DNA of 64,000 bases from Octopus sinensis (taxonomy: Eukaryota): assembly GCF_006345805.1 (NCBI RefSeq), contig NC_043003.1, positions 106,330,001 to 106,394,000 on the forward strand, in the 5' to 3' direction. Shown one piece after another: positions 11,744-24,495 of this stretch. The stretch's first letter is position 1; each line of letters opens with the position of its first letter. Under the pieces are notes generated by a model that worked only from the letters and a program-made list of their open reading frames with translations, ran no database searches and was not told the DNA's origin. Made by a program: the position numbers and the translations under genes.

Positions 11744-12865
11744 ACACACACAGCTACATCACTTTGTACTTGAAATTTCGAAACATTTACAAACACGGGA
11801 AACTTAATGATGCCAAAGTTGTTTTCTGTATTTATTTGTTAATCAGCCAAGTCTGGTTTGGTGAAGCTTGTCTTCTATTCACTTGTCTCTGCGGTGATCA
11901 ATACCAAATCAGATAGAATGTGTCTATTCCTTTTATTAACTGATATCAAAGAAAGTAAAAAAAAAAAAAAAAAATTGAAAGATAAAAAATATGCGCGTTC
12001 ACTCTTCATGAGAATAGGAAATGTTATGAGAAAGCAATTTGTTTAAGGATGTGAACTAGAATATAAACAAACACGTATGTAGAGAGAGATAACTGTATAT
12101 CATATATTACGTAGAGCTACAAGGTAAACTCACAGGTGTACATTTTTAGTATAAACGCACTTCAGCCTTGCTGTGAAAAGCAGATACTTATGGTTTAATC
12201 ATGTGATTCTTATTTCCTCTCAGAAAACAAAAAAAAGGTGACCAATATCAATATTTTTTACCACTTCATCTGAAATTGCTAACTTCTTTTCCTAACCACA
12301 GACGGGATATTAGTTTATACCTATTTATAGCATACACAAACTTGGACAGGACTGATCTGGTGTGCTCTAACTTGCATAACAACAGACCAGCTTTTTTTAG
12401 ACAGAGAGAGAAAAACAAAACGTGGTCTGACAATAATATCTACTTTTCACAAAGTTTTTAAGTCCATCTCGGTCAACAGTGCAAAGTTGCAGTTTATCTT
12501 GGTTTCTGAAGCATTTAAACAACTGGAAGTACAAGACTCTCAGAGAAGAAAATGCCTGCCTTTCACAGGATTAACCTTCAGCTACCACAAGTATTTCTTT
12601 TTCAGGTGAGTGAGCTCAAACAATGCAAGATGAGTACCTTGCTCAAGGACACAACACATTGCTCAGTCTTACTACTCAATGATCATGAGCCTAACATTGA
12701 ACTATACACCATCACTCTACATTTCACAGTGAGGTTAAAAATGAGTACTAAAATCACACACTCATAAGTTCACCTTACATCTCTTTTATAACATTGCTCT
12801 TCTATTATGTATTATGAACTTTAGAAAGGAATCTGCTAAGGCAACATGTAATTTAAAAAAAAAAA

Positions 12866-13023
12866 GAGTGGCTGTGTGGTAAGTAGCTTGCTAACCAACC
12901 ACATGGTTCCGGGTTCAGTCCCACTGCGTGGCATCTTGGGCAAGTATCTTCTGCTATAGCCCCGGGCCGACCAATGCCTTGTGAGTGGATTTGGTAGACG
13001 GAAACTGAAAGAAGCCTGTCATA

Positions 13024-13074
<51 letters not shown>

Positions 13075-13298
13075 ATGTTTGTGTGTCTGTGTTTGTCCCC
13101 CTAGCATTGCTTGACAACCGATGCTGGTGTGTTTACATCCCCGTCACTTAGCGGTTCGGCAAAAAGAGACCGATAGAATAAGTACTGGGCTTACAAAGAA
13201 AAAGTCCCGGGGTCGATTTGCTCGACTAAAGGCGATGCTCCAGCATGGCCGCAGTCAAATGACTGAAACAAGTAAAAGAGTAAAAGAGAGTAAAAGAG
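12866..13298 (+). mobile_element. SINE family A, near full length
   Basis: Consensus-like head, (TA)n middle and (GTAAAAGA)n tail. Confidence 0.92.
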
Positions 13299-13600
13299 TC
13301 AGAGGAAAAAATTAGATTCAATGAAATGTTTGTTATGTTTAAAATGTTTGATTAGCATTACAGAAGCGACCATCCCAGAAATTGTTTGGGACAATGATTT
13401 TAGGATGGACTTTTTCCAGGATATTTTCATGAAGTCAGCAGAGAGTAGTATGAGGAGAAATTTAGCTACTTATTCTAGCAGATAGAGCACCTGAAGACCA
13501 AATCACATCTAGTTGTTTGACTGACAGCATGCTCTGGCTAAGTCCACCTCATTTACCTCCCATGCAGCAGCTTCCATCACATTCTATGAACCTTTACATA

Positions 13601-13821
13601 CTCTCTTTTACTCTTTTACTTGTTTGTCATTTGACTGCGGCCATGCTGGAGCACCGCCTTCAGTCAAGCAAATCGACCCCGGGACTTATTCTTTGTAAGA
13701 CCAGTACTTATTCTATTGGTCTCTTTTGCCGAACTGCTAAGTGACGGCGACGTAAACACACCAGCATCGGTTGTCAAGCAATGCTAGGGGGACAAACACA
13801 GACACACAAACATACACACAA

Positions 13822-13864
<43 letters not shown>

Positions 13865-14030
13865 TACGACAGGCTTCTTTCAGTTTCCGTCTACCAAATC
13901 CACTCACAAGGCATTGGTTAGGCCGAGGCTATAGCAGAAGACACTTGCCCAAGATGCCACGCAGTGGGACTGAACCCGGAACCATGTGGTTGGTAAGCAA
14001 AATACTTACCACACAGCCACTCCCGCGCCT
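13601..14030 (-). mobile_element. SINE family A, full length
   Basis: Same structure on the opposite strand; forms an inverted pair with 12866-13298. Confidence 0.92.
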
Positions 14031-14561
14031 ATAGTTATGCAATCTGACAGAAACTGTTAACAAATTACTCTAAATCTCTCCTCTCTTGAAACAGGACACA
14101 TTGGGCAATATAATCTAAGCTACACTTAAATAAGGAGTGGTCAAAGCTAGCATGTTCATACAGACTTAGCCCAGAGTTAAACAACAACAAGTGCATTGAA
14201 ATAGACTGGACAATGGAGAGAAAACAGCAGATTCACACTGAAACAGTACACTGGACATACAACAGGTCAGTCCTTGTTACAATCCCTGAATACCCTTCAA
14301 TTGGGTAGCAGATGTTTTACCTGGATCAATGGATAGGTGGATCATACCTGACTTATGGGTCTCCAATCCAACAACATCTAGAGAAATCTTCAAATATCCA
14401 TGAAACTATACAGGAATGTATCCATGCCTTGCCAATCCATGGCCTACCATTCTGAAAGGAACGGTGGCCTCTAAGCGAGTCACTTGACTTGTTAGAAACA
14501 AAGGTTTCTAAGAAAATTACTATTTTTAAATCTCACAACGAGAGATATTCAGCAACAGTAC

Positions 14562-14895
14562 TTTGGAGTAAAGATCATTTGCCAACATAACATGGCAGTC
14601 CTGGTTTAGGACGAATGTTGCTGTAATTTAGCCCCAGGAGACATCGTCTACAGCTGGCTATACGACATGATCTGTGTCCTTATATTTTCAAACAAGGGAA
14701 TTTAGCACCCTCAGCTCAAAACAATATCTGTGTATTGCGATTTCTGGGGTGCTAAATTCCCTTGTTCAAAAATATAAGGACACAGATCGTGTCGTATAGC
14801 CAGCTGGAGACGATATTTCCTGGGGCCAAATTACAGCAACATTCGTCCTAAACCAGGACTGCCATGTTATGTTGGCAAACAATCTTTACTACAAA
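14562..14895. mobile_element. Palindromic foldback/MITE-like element
   Basis: Arms 14562-14710 and 14747-14895 (about 149 bp) are reverse complements with few mismatches around a 36-bp spacer. Confidence 0.85.
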
Positions 14896-15121
14896 TCTTT
14901 CTTAAGTCACACCTCACCTTTTTCAACAAGGTAAGATATAATAGCTAAGGTAATCCCAGATATACTTTATCTGAAAAAATGCCAACACCTTTGATTAGAG
15001 GTCAACTCAATTAGGACTGACCTGGCACTAAATACTATTTCAATAGTGAGTCTCTTACCCTGTCCTAGGAACAACATTTACAGTTTAAGAAGAGGCAGAT
15101 CTACAGGAGATCTGATTTCCT

Positions 15122-15760
15122 ACATCATCATCATCATCATCGTCGTTTAGCGTCCGTTTTCCATGCTAGCATGGGTTGGACGGTTCTACTGGGGTCTGTG
15201 AAGCCAGAAGGCTTCATCAGGCCCAGTCAAATCTGGCAATGTTTCTACGGCTGGATGCCCTTCCTAACGCCAACCACTCCGTGAGTGTAGTGGGTGCTTT
15301 TTACGTGCCACCCGCACAGGTGCCAGACAGAGCTGGCAAACGGCCACAAACGGATGGTGCTTTTTATGTGCCACCGGCACGAGGGCCAGGCGAGGCTGGC
15401 AACGGACACGAAACAGGGCGGTGCTGGCAACGGTTGTGAAACGGAAGGTTCTCTTACATGCCACCGGCACTGGTAACACATCTGCAATTTCCATTGATCG
15501 ATTTCCATTCTGATCCTCACTTGCCTCAACGGGTCTTCACAAGTAGAGTTTTGTGTCCCAAGAAGGGAAGGTATGCATACGTAGGCTGGCTCCATCCCAT
15601 GTAGAAGGCCACGGGTTATGGACTCACTTGTCCTGCCGGGTCTTCTCGTGCACAGCACACTTACATCATACAATAATGATCTCTCAGTCATCAGAGCTTC
15701 AACAAGTGTAACCAGGCATTTTTCAGAAAGTTGCCTGCCCACAAGATCCTTTCTAACTCA
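15122..15760 (-). mobile_element. RTE LINE 3' end plus family C 3' region
   Basis: GAGAAGACCCGGCAGGACAAGTGAGTCC RTE end joined to GGCACGTAAAAAGCACC modules and a (GAT)n tail. Confidence 0.85.
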
Positions 15761-17658
15761 TTATTTTAGGTCAGGTATTCCTAGTCACACTAAATCAGCG
15801 AATTCTCTCTTCTCTCTCTGTGATTCAGGGTACACATATTTCCTAAACTCTTCTTTCTGGACATAAGTATTCTCCAAGACAGATGATACTGCTCCTAAAC
15901 TTCTACATGCAGACATCATTCAGAGGCAATCAAAATAGTCTACTTCTTGACCTGCAGGAAATAGCAGCCAAACTTTCCTCAAAAAACAGCCGACCGTCTT
16001 AAATTTTAAAAAAGTGTAACAGCTTCAACATCTTCCATTTGTATCTCAGGTGTTGTGCAGTCAATGCTAACCAGGCTATTTTTCTTACATCAGTCTATCC
16101 CTGACAAATCAGATAATGCAATCCAAGATAATCCTAAGTGACAGGATGGTCATGGCTGGAAAGCCTTTCATCATAAGTTGTCTACTTGACCAAGGTTGTC
16201 CTGAAGCAAGCTAAACCCCAAAGTTAGTTTTTCTTGAATTCACTCATCGTTTTCTTTTATGCAGAATGCCAAGATAAATAAATGGAATAAACAAACTCTG
16301 TAATTGAATTTAAATCAACAAAGTGGGGTGTTGCTGCTAAATCTAAAGGAATGGTAGAGGAATTTTATAAGAATGGTATGTAAAAACTATTTACAGGTGG
16401 GTGTCGACACAAAATACAAGAAACATTTTTGTTTCCATTTCAAATTACGCAGTTAATTATTTTGTCAAACTAATTAGTATAAAATATCAAATGAATAAAT
16501 GCATACACACACACACAATTAGATACTCATCATTTAACATCCATGTTCCATGCTCACAAGGGATAGATGCTTTGACAAGCTAAAAGACAACGATGACCTG
16601 ATACAACTGTCTAGCTTGCTAGCTCTGGTCAAATTCTCCAACCGATGCCAGTATGGAAAATAGATTGATGATGATGTTAGTTGATGGCAGAAGTTTTTCA
16701 AGTGTGAAAGTTCACAAACAGTATATCTTTAATGAAGAGTTTTTAAAATGCGACAAAAATCAGAATGATGACATATCAAAGACAACTAGCAGGTTCCCTA
16801 TAAAATGTAACATTTTATTAGCTTAGGCATTCCTGTTCCATTTGACACTGTTTAAATGACTTGTCCTAAATCCCACAAAGAGAAAACTAGATTACATTCA
16901 CTAGGAAACAGACTGCAGAGTTGGAAGGAATGGAATGTTGTAGTTGATATGTTTCCCAACATCAGCATTGATGGTTTAAGCCCTCCCCCCCCACCACCAC
17001 CATCACCAAATTTATGCTGAATATTCACTGCGTTTCTTTTAACTAATTTTGAAAATTTTTTTTATCCTTTGTTTTCAGTCATGAGACTGTGGCCCTGCTG
17101 GAGCACTGCCTTGAAGGGCTTTTAGGTAAATAACTAACCCCAGTTATCTACTCCTCATTTTGAGCCAAGACAGTTGCTCCCATAAACACCAAAATAAAAT
17201 TTTGGATTTATGGAGGGTCAAAGTTGGGAACAAAAACAGGAGGGTCATTAGACCTGAACAAGATATACAAGGATAAGCATATTAAAAGGGGTCCTTGGGA
17301 AAACTTATTTAAATAAAAGGGGCCCTTGGTAGTGAAAAGGTTGAGAATCACTGCTCTAAGCAATCGCTCAATCTGCTGCATGTTACAGGTATGACATGAG
17401 TTTTTCTTCTCTGTAGGAGATGTCTAAATAAACACTACGGAATCTCTCATCCCCAGCTGTTGGATGGCCATCGACTCGACTCAGTTCATCTCCACCCCTT
17501 TCACAGATTATGCTTTTCATCCTGGAGGCTGTCTAACGAAAACCATCTTCCTTATCTAACCTGCTCATTCACCGGTTCGTCCTGAGTTGCATGGTACCAG
17601 AAGCATTAAGCCTATTACAGGGTAGCATGCATACACACAGATACACACACGTGCATAG

Positions 17659-17692
<34 letters not shown>

Positions 17693-17696
<4 letters not shown>

Positions 17697-18216
17697 ATGG
17701 AATTTGTATCTTTGTGGTACCAGTGCCGGTGGCACGTGGCACATAAGAAAACCATCCGAACGTGGCCGTAGCCAGTACCGCATCGACTGGCCTCCGTGCT
17801 GTGGGCACATAACAAGCACCATCCGATCGTGGCCGTTTGCCAGCCTCATCTGGCACCTGTGTCGGTGGCACATAAAAAACACCATCCGAGCGTGGCCGTC
17901 TGCCAGCCTCGTCTGGCACCTGTGTCGGTGGCACATAAAAAACACCATCCGAGCATGGCCGTCTGCCAGCCTCGTCTGGCACCTGTGTCGGTGGCACATA
18001 AAAAAACACATCCGAGCGTGGCCGTCTGCCAGCCTCGTCTGGCACCTGTGTTGGTGGCACATAAAATCACCCACTACACTCTCGGAGTGGTTGGCGTTAG
18101 GAAGGGCATCCAGCTGTAGAAACACTGCCAGATCTGACTGGACTGGTGCAGCTTTCGGGCTCCCCAGACCCCAGTTGAACCGTCCAACCCATGCTAGCAT
18201 GGAAAGCGGACGTTAA

Positions 18217-18246
<30 letters not shown>
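17693..18246 (+). mobile_element. Family C copy with 63-bp tandem repeat
   Basis: Core and (GAT)n tail present; unit CACATAAAAAACACCATCCGAGCGTGGCCGTCTGCCAGCCTCGTCTGGCACCTGTGTCGGTGG about 4 times at 17808-18065. Confidence 0.9.
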
Positions 18247-18248
<2 letters not shown>

Positions 18249-18263
18249 ATATATATATATACA

Positions 18264-18659
18264 TTTTTACTTGTTTCAGTCATTTGACTGCGGCCATGCT
18301 GGAGCACCGCCTTTAATCGAGCAACCCGATCCCGGGACTTATTCTTTTGTAAGCCCAGTACTTATTCTATCAGTCTCTTTTGCCGAACCGCTAAGTAACG
18401 GGGACATAAGCACACCAGCATCGGTTGTCAAGCAATGCTAGGGGACAAACACAGACACACAAATACACACTCGCATACATATATATACATATATACGACG
18501 GGCTTCTTTCAGTTTCCGTCTACCTAATCCACTCACAAGGCTTTGGTCAGCCCGAGGCTATAGTAGAAGACACTTGCCCAAGGTGCCACGCAGTGGGACT
18601 GAACCCGCAACCATGTGGTTGGTAGACAAGCTACTTACCACACAGCCACTCCTGCGCCT
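18264..18659 (-). mobile_element. SINE family A, full length
   Basis: Consensus-like head and tail. Confidence 0.92.
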
Positions 18660-18696
18660 ATATATACATATATACACACACATCTCGATAACATCT

Positions 18697-18769
18697 GGTT
18701 CCATGGTGTAGTGGTTATCACATCTGCCTAACACGCAGAAGGTCGCGGGTTCGAAACTCGCTGGAACCT
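18697..18769 (+). tRNA. tRNA-Val(AAC)
   Basis: Acceptor stem GGTTCCA/TGGAACC, D arm GTGTAGTGGTTATCAC, anticodon arm TCTGC-CTAACAC-GCAGA, T arm GCGGG-TTCGAAA-CTCGC; position 73 is T. Confidence 0.88.
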
Positions 18770-18773
18770 GTCA

Positions 18774-18777
18774 TTTT
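18774..18777 (+). terminator. Pol III terminator (T4) of the tRNA
   Basis: TTTT five nt downstream of the tRNA 3' end. Confidence 0.55.
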
Positions 18778-18978
18778 AAGGCAGCGAGCTGGCAGACACG
18801 TTAGCGCGCCGGGCGAAATGCTTAGCGGTATTTCGTCTGTCCTTACGTTGTGAGTTCAAATTCCGCTGGGATCGACTTTGCCATTCGGGATCGATAAAGT
18901 ACCAGTTTCGCACTGGGTCGATGTAATCGAATTAATCCCTTTGTCTATCCTTGTTTGTCCCCTCTATGTTTAGCCCCT
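18778..18978 (+). mobile_element. SINE family B
   Basis: GGCAGCGAGCTGGCAGACACGTTAGC head; duplicated at 24519-24705. Confidence 0.9.
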
Positions 18979-18984
18979 CGACAC

Positions 18985-19135
18985 ATCTAAAGACGAACAT
19001 ACACGGGCATAGGTGCGTCATGGAAAAGAATTGGCGAAAATCGGAAAGCATGGAGTTTTCAAAGGTTACAACGCCCTGGCGGCTAACAACCGACACGTGT
19101 CGTTTATTCCATGCTTCAGCAAATTTGAACACGTG
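18985..19135 (-). mobile_element. CR1-clade LINE 3' fragment
   Basis: Minus strand FAEAWNK motif and CATGCTTTCCGA 3' sequence shared with the fragments at 49655 and 51530. Confidence 0.6.
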
Positions 19136-19217
19136 AGACATGTTTACGGAAGTAAAAGGTGCCGCACCTATTTTTGATCTTCCAAAGTGTGTCCACAGGT
19201 CACACGCGTGTGTGTGT

Positions 19218-19254
<37 letters not shown>

Positions 19255-19865
19255 GACTTGAGTTTCACACCAGAGTGACTTCACTGAAACTGGAGTCACG
19301 AGACTGTGTGTGTGTGTGGTGTGTGTGTATAAGTCAATGTGAGAAGTACACGTGAGCCTTATTACAAAGAGCATTACAAGAGCTTTAGAGGGCCTTTGGT
19401 AAACTAGAAGAACTGCACCAAGGAAAGATCAAAGAGACAACCGGCCCAGGCGCACCTGTTGGCTATAGGTATCACCAAAGAAGTGTTCAGTATTAGTGAA
19501 AGAATGTATATTCGTTAGAAGCTGGTGCTTCACTTGGCAGATTCTCAGCTTATTGTTTGGTGAAATCCTTCGAGCAATAGCTGTGGGAGCAACTATATAC
19601 ACAAGACGCAGGGACTTTATTGATGATATAGTTATTTCTCTGAACTTGCGAAAGAACCAAACTATTCTGATTAAGAGCACACGCAAGACTATCTGAGTGT
19701 GTACACCTGTTGTGAAGTAAAACATTTGTCAAAGTGTTTCTTCGTAAATTCGGGTGTAGACAATTTTTAAGCTAGTGGCGGGTTTCTCCCATAAGACGGA
19801 TGCAAAGAGGAAGAACAAGTATCATTGTGTTAACCCAGTTTCATATAAACAAATTAGTGAAAACA

Positions 19866-20295
19866 AGAGAGAGAGAGAGAGAAATTAAAGAATAGAGAAG
19901 TAGTAAGGAGGGGGGAGAAGAGAAAGTCGAGGGAGGGGAGGAGGAGGAGAGAGAAAGCGCAGCAAACGTCAAAGTCAGAAAAGAGAAGAAAAACCGATAG
20001 AGAGGGACAGACGAAGAAAGAGAAAGAGTAAGAGGGGGAGGAGAACCAAAAGAACGAGAGGAGCAGAAAGAGATGGAGAGAGAGAAAAAAAGAAATATAT
20101 TGAGAGAGAGAAAAACAAGAAGAGGCGAAAAGAAAGAGACAAGTAGAGAGAGGGAGGAGGAGGAAGAAGAAAAGAAAAAGATAAGTAGACAGAGAGAGAA
20201 TGAAAAGAAGAGAGGAGGAAGAAGAAATAGAAGAAAGAAGCAGAATGAAGAAGTGTGGAAAAGACAGGGAGGCAAAAAACGAGATGACAGGAAAC
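19866..20295. repeat. GA-rich low-complexity polypurine tract
   Basis: Nearly pure G/A; source of the spurious F/L/S-rich and K/E/R-rich ORFs. Confidence 0.9.
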
Positions 20296-21845
20296 AAAGG
20301 GTTCGGTTACATTTTTCAGAGGACTTCGGTGGTTGATGATAGATCTAGGTTAGGTTCATCCATTTAGAAAAATGTTCCATTTACTGTAAACGTGAACATC
20401 AGAGTAAATAAATAAGTGGAGGATGTGGGGGAGGGGGAGGAAGCGGAGAAAACAGCCAAGGCTGGTCTTTCTTAATTTAGTAATAATGGACGAGAAAACT
20501 GTAGCGAGAGAGACCAACAGATTGGTAGGCTGTGAACACGAAGAAAATAGAAAAGGCAGTCGAGTATTTTACATATACACAGGGTTTTTTTTTCTTCTTT
20601 TATTCTCTATTGGTTTCAATCGTAGGACAGAGACCAGGCTGGGGCACCGCCTTATATAAGCACACGCAAGGTATAATATAGTAATTCCGTGTGTGTGTGT
20701 GTGCTAAATGCTAAGTTCGATAAATAATAATAATAATATAATAATAATAATGGTTTCTTAATTGACCACAAGAGACTTAATTGACCATTAATTAAAACAA
20801 AGAACGTGTGTGTTGTTTTGAGGGTTTTAATGGATAACAGAAACTCCGGCCGCAAAAACAGTAAAAATCTACATTTTAGCCTAGAAATTATTTAATCAAC
20901 AGCATTTATGTTGTTCTGTTCAAATTCAGTGCAGAGAGTTGTTAAAATAGGTTAGAACAGTCAAGAACTGGTTTCGATTTAATCAAGATGTGTGGTAAAC
21001 CTTATTCCACCGAATACTGTGTTTTTGAATTTGATGTGCATTCTTTATAAAGATTCTAACGCTAACGTTTTATCATTTTTATTTTTTATTTATGGAGTAT
21101 TATAAAGATGTTGCAAGGTGGCGTGTATTAAGAGACTGAACGAAAATGCATTTCAATAGAGATAAACAAAAGGATGAGAATGACAGAAGGAGGGAAAAAA
21201 AAAAAAAGATTTGCCTTCAATCGATGTTAAACTAGGATTGAAAGAAAAGCGGGTAGAAATGTCAGCGGGTGCTTGCGGAGAGAGAGAGAGAAGTCGAGTG
21301 TCAAAATTGACGTTTATTAGTTGGAGAGCTTTTTTAAAAAACACCCTCCTATTGTCACACAGACATTCCCACACAACTACGTATTTTAGATTAGTTTCTT
21401 TGTTCAGTTTTTTTTTTATAAGATCAAATATTATTTATCCGTTCATGCTAGAAACGCTTTTGTTTTGTTTTGTTTTTCTCTGTACCAAATTAGTTTAAGA
21501 ACAAAGGACGAATTCGCCACCCACAGAGAAATTCTGATGACACGGAAGGTACCAGCTGATAGAGGTGGTGTACGTGCGTATACAATACAATACAATACGG
21601 ATAAAAATCACGGGAATTTAAAAGAAAGCATCGTTTTCAATTGCGGCAAAGTGATTCAAAATATCAAAATAGAAGTTCCCTCACACACACGCTTAGAAAA
21701 AATTATCCTCCAATCGCACGCACACGTGCGTGCTTGTGGGGCTTGAATAAACATAATCCCATTTATACAGCAAGTTAGTGACCCGGTGTCAATTACAGTT
21801 GAAACCATTTCACTTGACACACATTACCAACCAGTTTGTACTTAC

Positions 21846-21887
21846 TAAGAAGGGCATGGTCAACGTCGTCATCTCATTTCCTTCCAT
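21846..21887 (-). CDS. Candidate start-codon exon (MEGNEMTTLTMPFL) of an unidentified minus-strand gene
   Basis: ATG at 21887, 14 open codons, then a GTAAGT donor; acceptor CTTGCTTCTCAG at 21929. No homology recognised. Confidence 0.3.
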
Positions 21888-22324
21888 TATGAAGCCATCC
21901 CAAATTCGACTTTTTTTTTTTTTTATCGCTGAGAAGCAAGTTGAGTTTTGTGTTTGATTATGTGATTTCTAGAACAAATAAAATCATACTTTTTTTTTTT
22001 TTTACGTCGGATAAAAATGCCTCTAGTATACAAAAGAGATGGCTACAGCTGAAGTTCCTTCGGCCTTGATAAGAGCTAATTGAAATAGGATGGAACACTA
22101 AATAAAGAACAGTGATTCACAGAGAAGGCATGTAAGACTGACGTTAGTGGCTTTCTCAGATGGTCAGAGACGACAATGACCTCAATCAGAAGATAAGCAA
22201 CGTACTATACAATCTATATATTGTACTTTCTAACGTCAAAATTTATAATACGTATGACATATGAATAAGAAAATGTGTGCGTAGGAAGTGAGTTTAGTAT
22301 CAAGACAAGCCTGCTCACATCGAT

Positions 22325-22357
<33 letters not shown>

Positions 22358-24495
22358 AACAGGTAAGCGTAAAAATTCGATTAAATAATATGATCCGGCA
22401 AGACAGAATTGAGCAATGAAATCACAGTAAAATAGGTGTTGAGTCATTTTGCAGGCCGATATATAGTATATGACTGAGAAGTAAAAAGCTTTTAAAAACT
22501 CGTCATCAAAAAGGAAAACATGACGTGACAATGGAAAAAAGTCTGATCAAATAAGGAAATATGAATAGAATGGCAGTTTTATTTATCAACACCACAATTG
22601 TCACCGAGTAGACAAGTGAACATTCATAAGTCCGTTCAACATTCAACTAAAGTTATTGGACAAATCACTCTCTTTTAAAGAGGCGTACGTTGGATAATAT
22701 AGTCTTTGGTATACAATAGATGAGGTGGTCACGGCCTAAATTTCTTTGACCATAGTTCCACTTGACCTGAGCTAAGTGAAATGGGGTTAATAATCACTTG
22801 AGAACAATGATTAAGACCAATAATTTTCAGTCGTTTCTCATATTTTAACGATGGCAGCAGTTTTTATCGAAACAGACTGAATTCCTAGAATTAGGCAGAC
22901 AAACGCCTTAAGTTCTCAAACTGTTACATTTTTGAAGAAGGGAGAACTTAATAATTGGATGTAAATTTTTAATGGTTTTAAGCACAATAGACCCTGTGAC
23001 CCTTTTCTCAGTTTCCAAGATTGGAATGTGGCCTGTTGGTTACGCAAAGTGGTGCATTTCAAAGCACCACATTCCATGTTATTGTTCCAGCCACTTGGTG
23101 GCAAACGTGTAATGGAGTGGCATCCCATCCAGGGAGGTGGGTGTTATGATCTCACTCATTTTAACACCATGGAATCGAGGCAACTGGCTCTAAGAGTCCT
23201 AAGATTCAACAGTCCGAGGGTTGACTATAATGGTGAGGACTGAGAGGACAGAGTTATCCTAGGACTGGAGATCTGGTCCAAATGCTAAGGACCCATGGAT
23301 CAAGTCTGCAGGGTTCAATTGTCTAATCTCCAATGTGTCACAGGTTTTATGTTTGTTTCAAAACAAGTAAGTTTTGCTTTGTTGTTTTGGAGGGGAGGAT
23401 GTTTAGGGGAAAGAATAGATTACTTGCTCGGTTGACCTCTTAGAGATATGAAATGCAAAATGTGACCAGAGTAAGATTTGAACTTAGATGTTAGAACATA
23501 ACTGATTGATATTTTGTGTCAGCAACTTCAATTACAATGACATGAAGACCTGTTGAAGGAAGAGTAAAATCAATCAGTACTTTATTTTATCAACCCCAGA
23601 AAAATATAAAGTTGACGAAACAACGCACACAGCTAAAGTATGTTGAAACAAAATCTAGTGGAGGTTTGCATAGCGATTGTTATGTACATAAAAAATCTTT
23701 TAAAAGCTTTCATCTACTAGTCTCTCTCTTTCTCTCTCTCATGGTGACAATATCTTAAGCATTATTCTTCATGCAACTTACAGATTTGCTACTACTGATA
23801 AATCTAACACTTCATATCAGAAGAGTTACGTCTCCAGGAAATGATTCTATTGCAATATCCAGTTCACTGAAGAGACCACATCCTTTATTTAATACCACAT
23901 TTTTATTTATTTTGCTACCTTCACTTGGCCTTGAAATCTTGACCTACAAATCTCAGTTTGTAGTACTCCAAAATCTACATTTACAATTGAAACTTTGTAA
24001 TTATCCAAATGTATCTGCTAAAGAATCAATAGCTGTGTCCAATAATGAATCTTCTGACTCAAATTCCCAAATAATTTACATAATAAAATCATTACTAATA
24101 ACAAATTAATGTTATTTCAATAGCTTTCCAAACAACATTTTGACTGCCAAGATCGAGTTTCAAAATCCATTACAATACACTCAATCAACAAACAACTTTA
24201 AATGTTAAGCATGGATGGTGTGCAGTTTGGTAGTTGTATCTCTGAAGCTACATGGTTTGATATGGATATAAACACATTGTTTCTCTGGGATTGGTCAAGT
24301 GATAAGATCTCAATAAGGGTTGGGAATTAAGGATGTTCATAATTTTTTTAATCTTCAGAGAAATAGATACATTCAGCATGGTTGTATTTTTACTGTGGAG
24401 GATAAGCATATTAAATTTATATATAAGTAGATCCTGATAAAATAAGAACCAGGATTAAAAAGAAGTTTTAGGGTCGATTCATTTAACCAAAATTC

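Larger units (their letters stand above)
18755..19925 (+). repeat. Local segmental duplication, copy 1
   Basis: Highly similar to 24496-25639 apart from microsatellite lengths and small indels. Confidence 0.95.

Noticed and set aside
17659-18216. Six overlapping repeat-rich ORFs, and a spacer-like periodicity suggesting CRISPR
   Set aside because: A pure 63-bp tandem repeat with no unique spacers, in eukaryotic DNA with no cas genes.
19496-19696. ORF with VKECI, reminiscent of DOCK9/11 N-termini, alongside the MAEVR start at 37252
   Set aside because: It lies on the opposite strand from MAEVR, has an upstream stop, wrong spacing and no splice support; likely coincidence.
19615-19700. C/D-box snoRNA or U3-like RNA
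   Set aside because: There is no convincing terminal stem, and the putative guide ATAGTTATTTCT pairs with LSU rRNA only with several G-U pairs and not at a methylation site I can confirm. Kept only as part of a low-interest finding.
23771-24109. 112-aa ORF in unique-looking sequence
   Set aside because: No recognisable motif, and candidate minus-strand exon frames contain stops.
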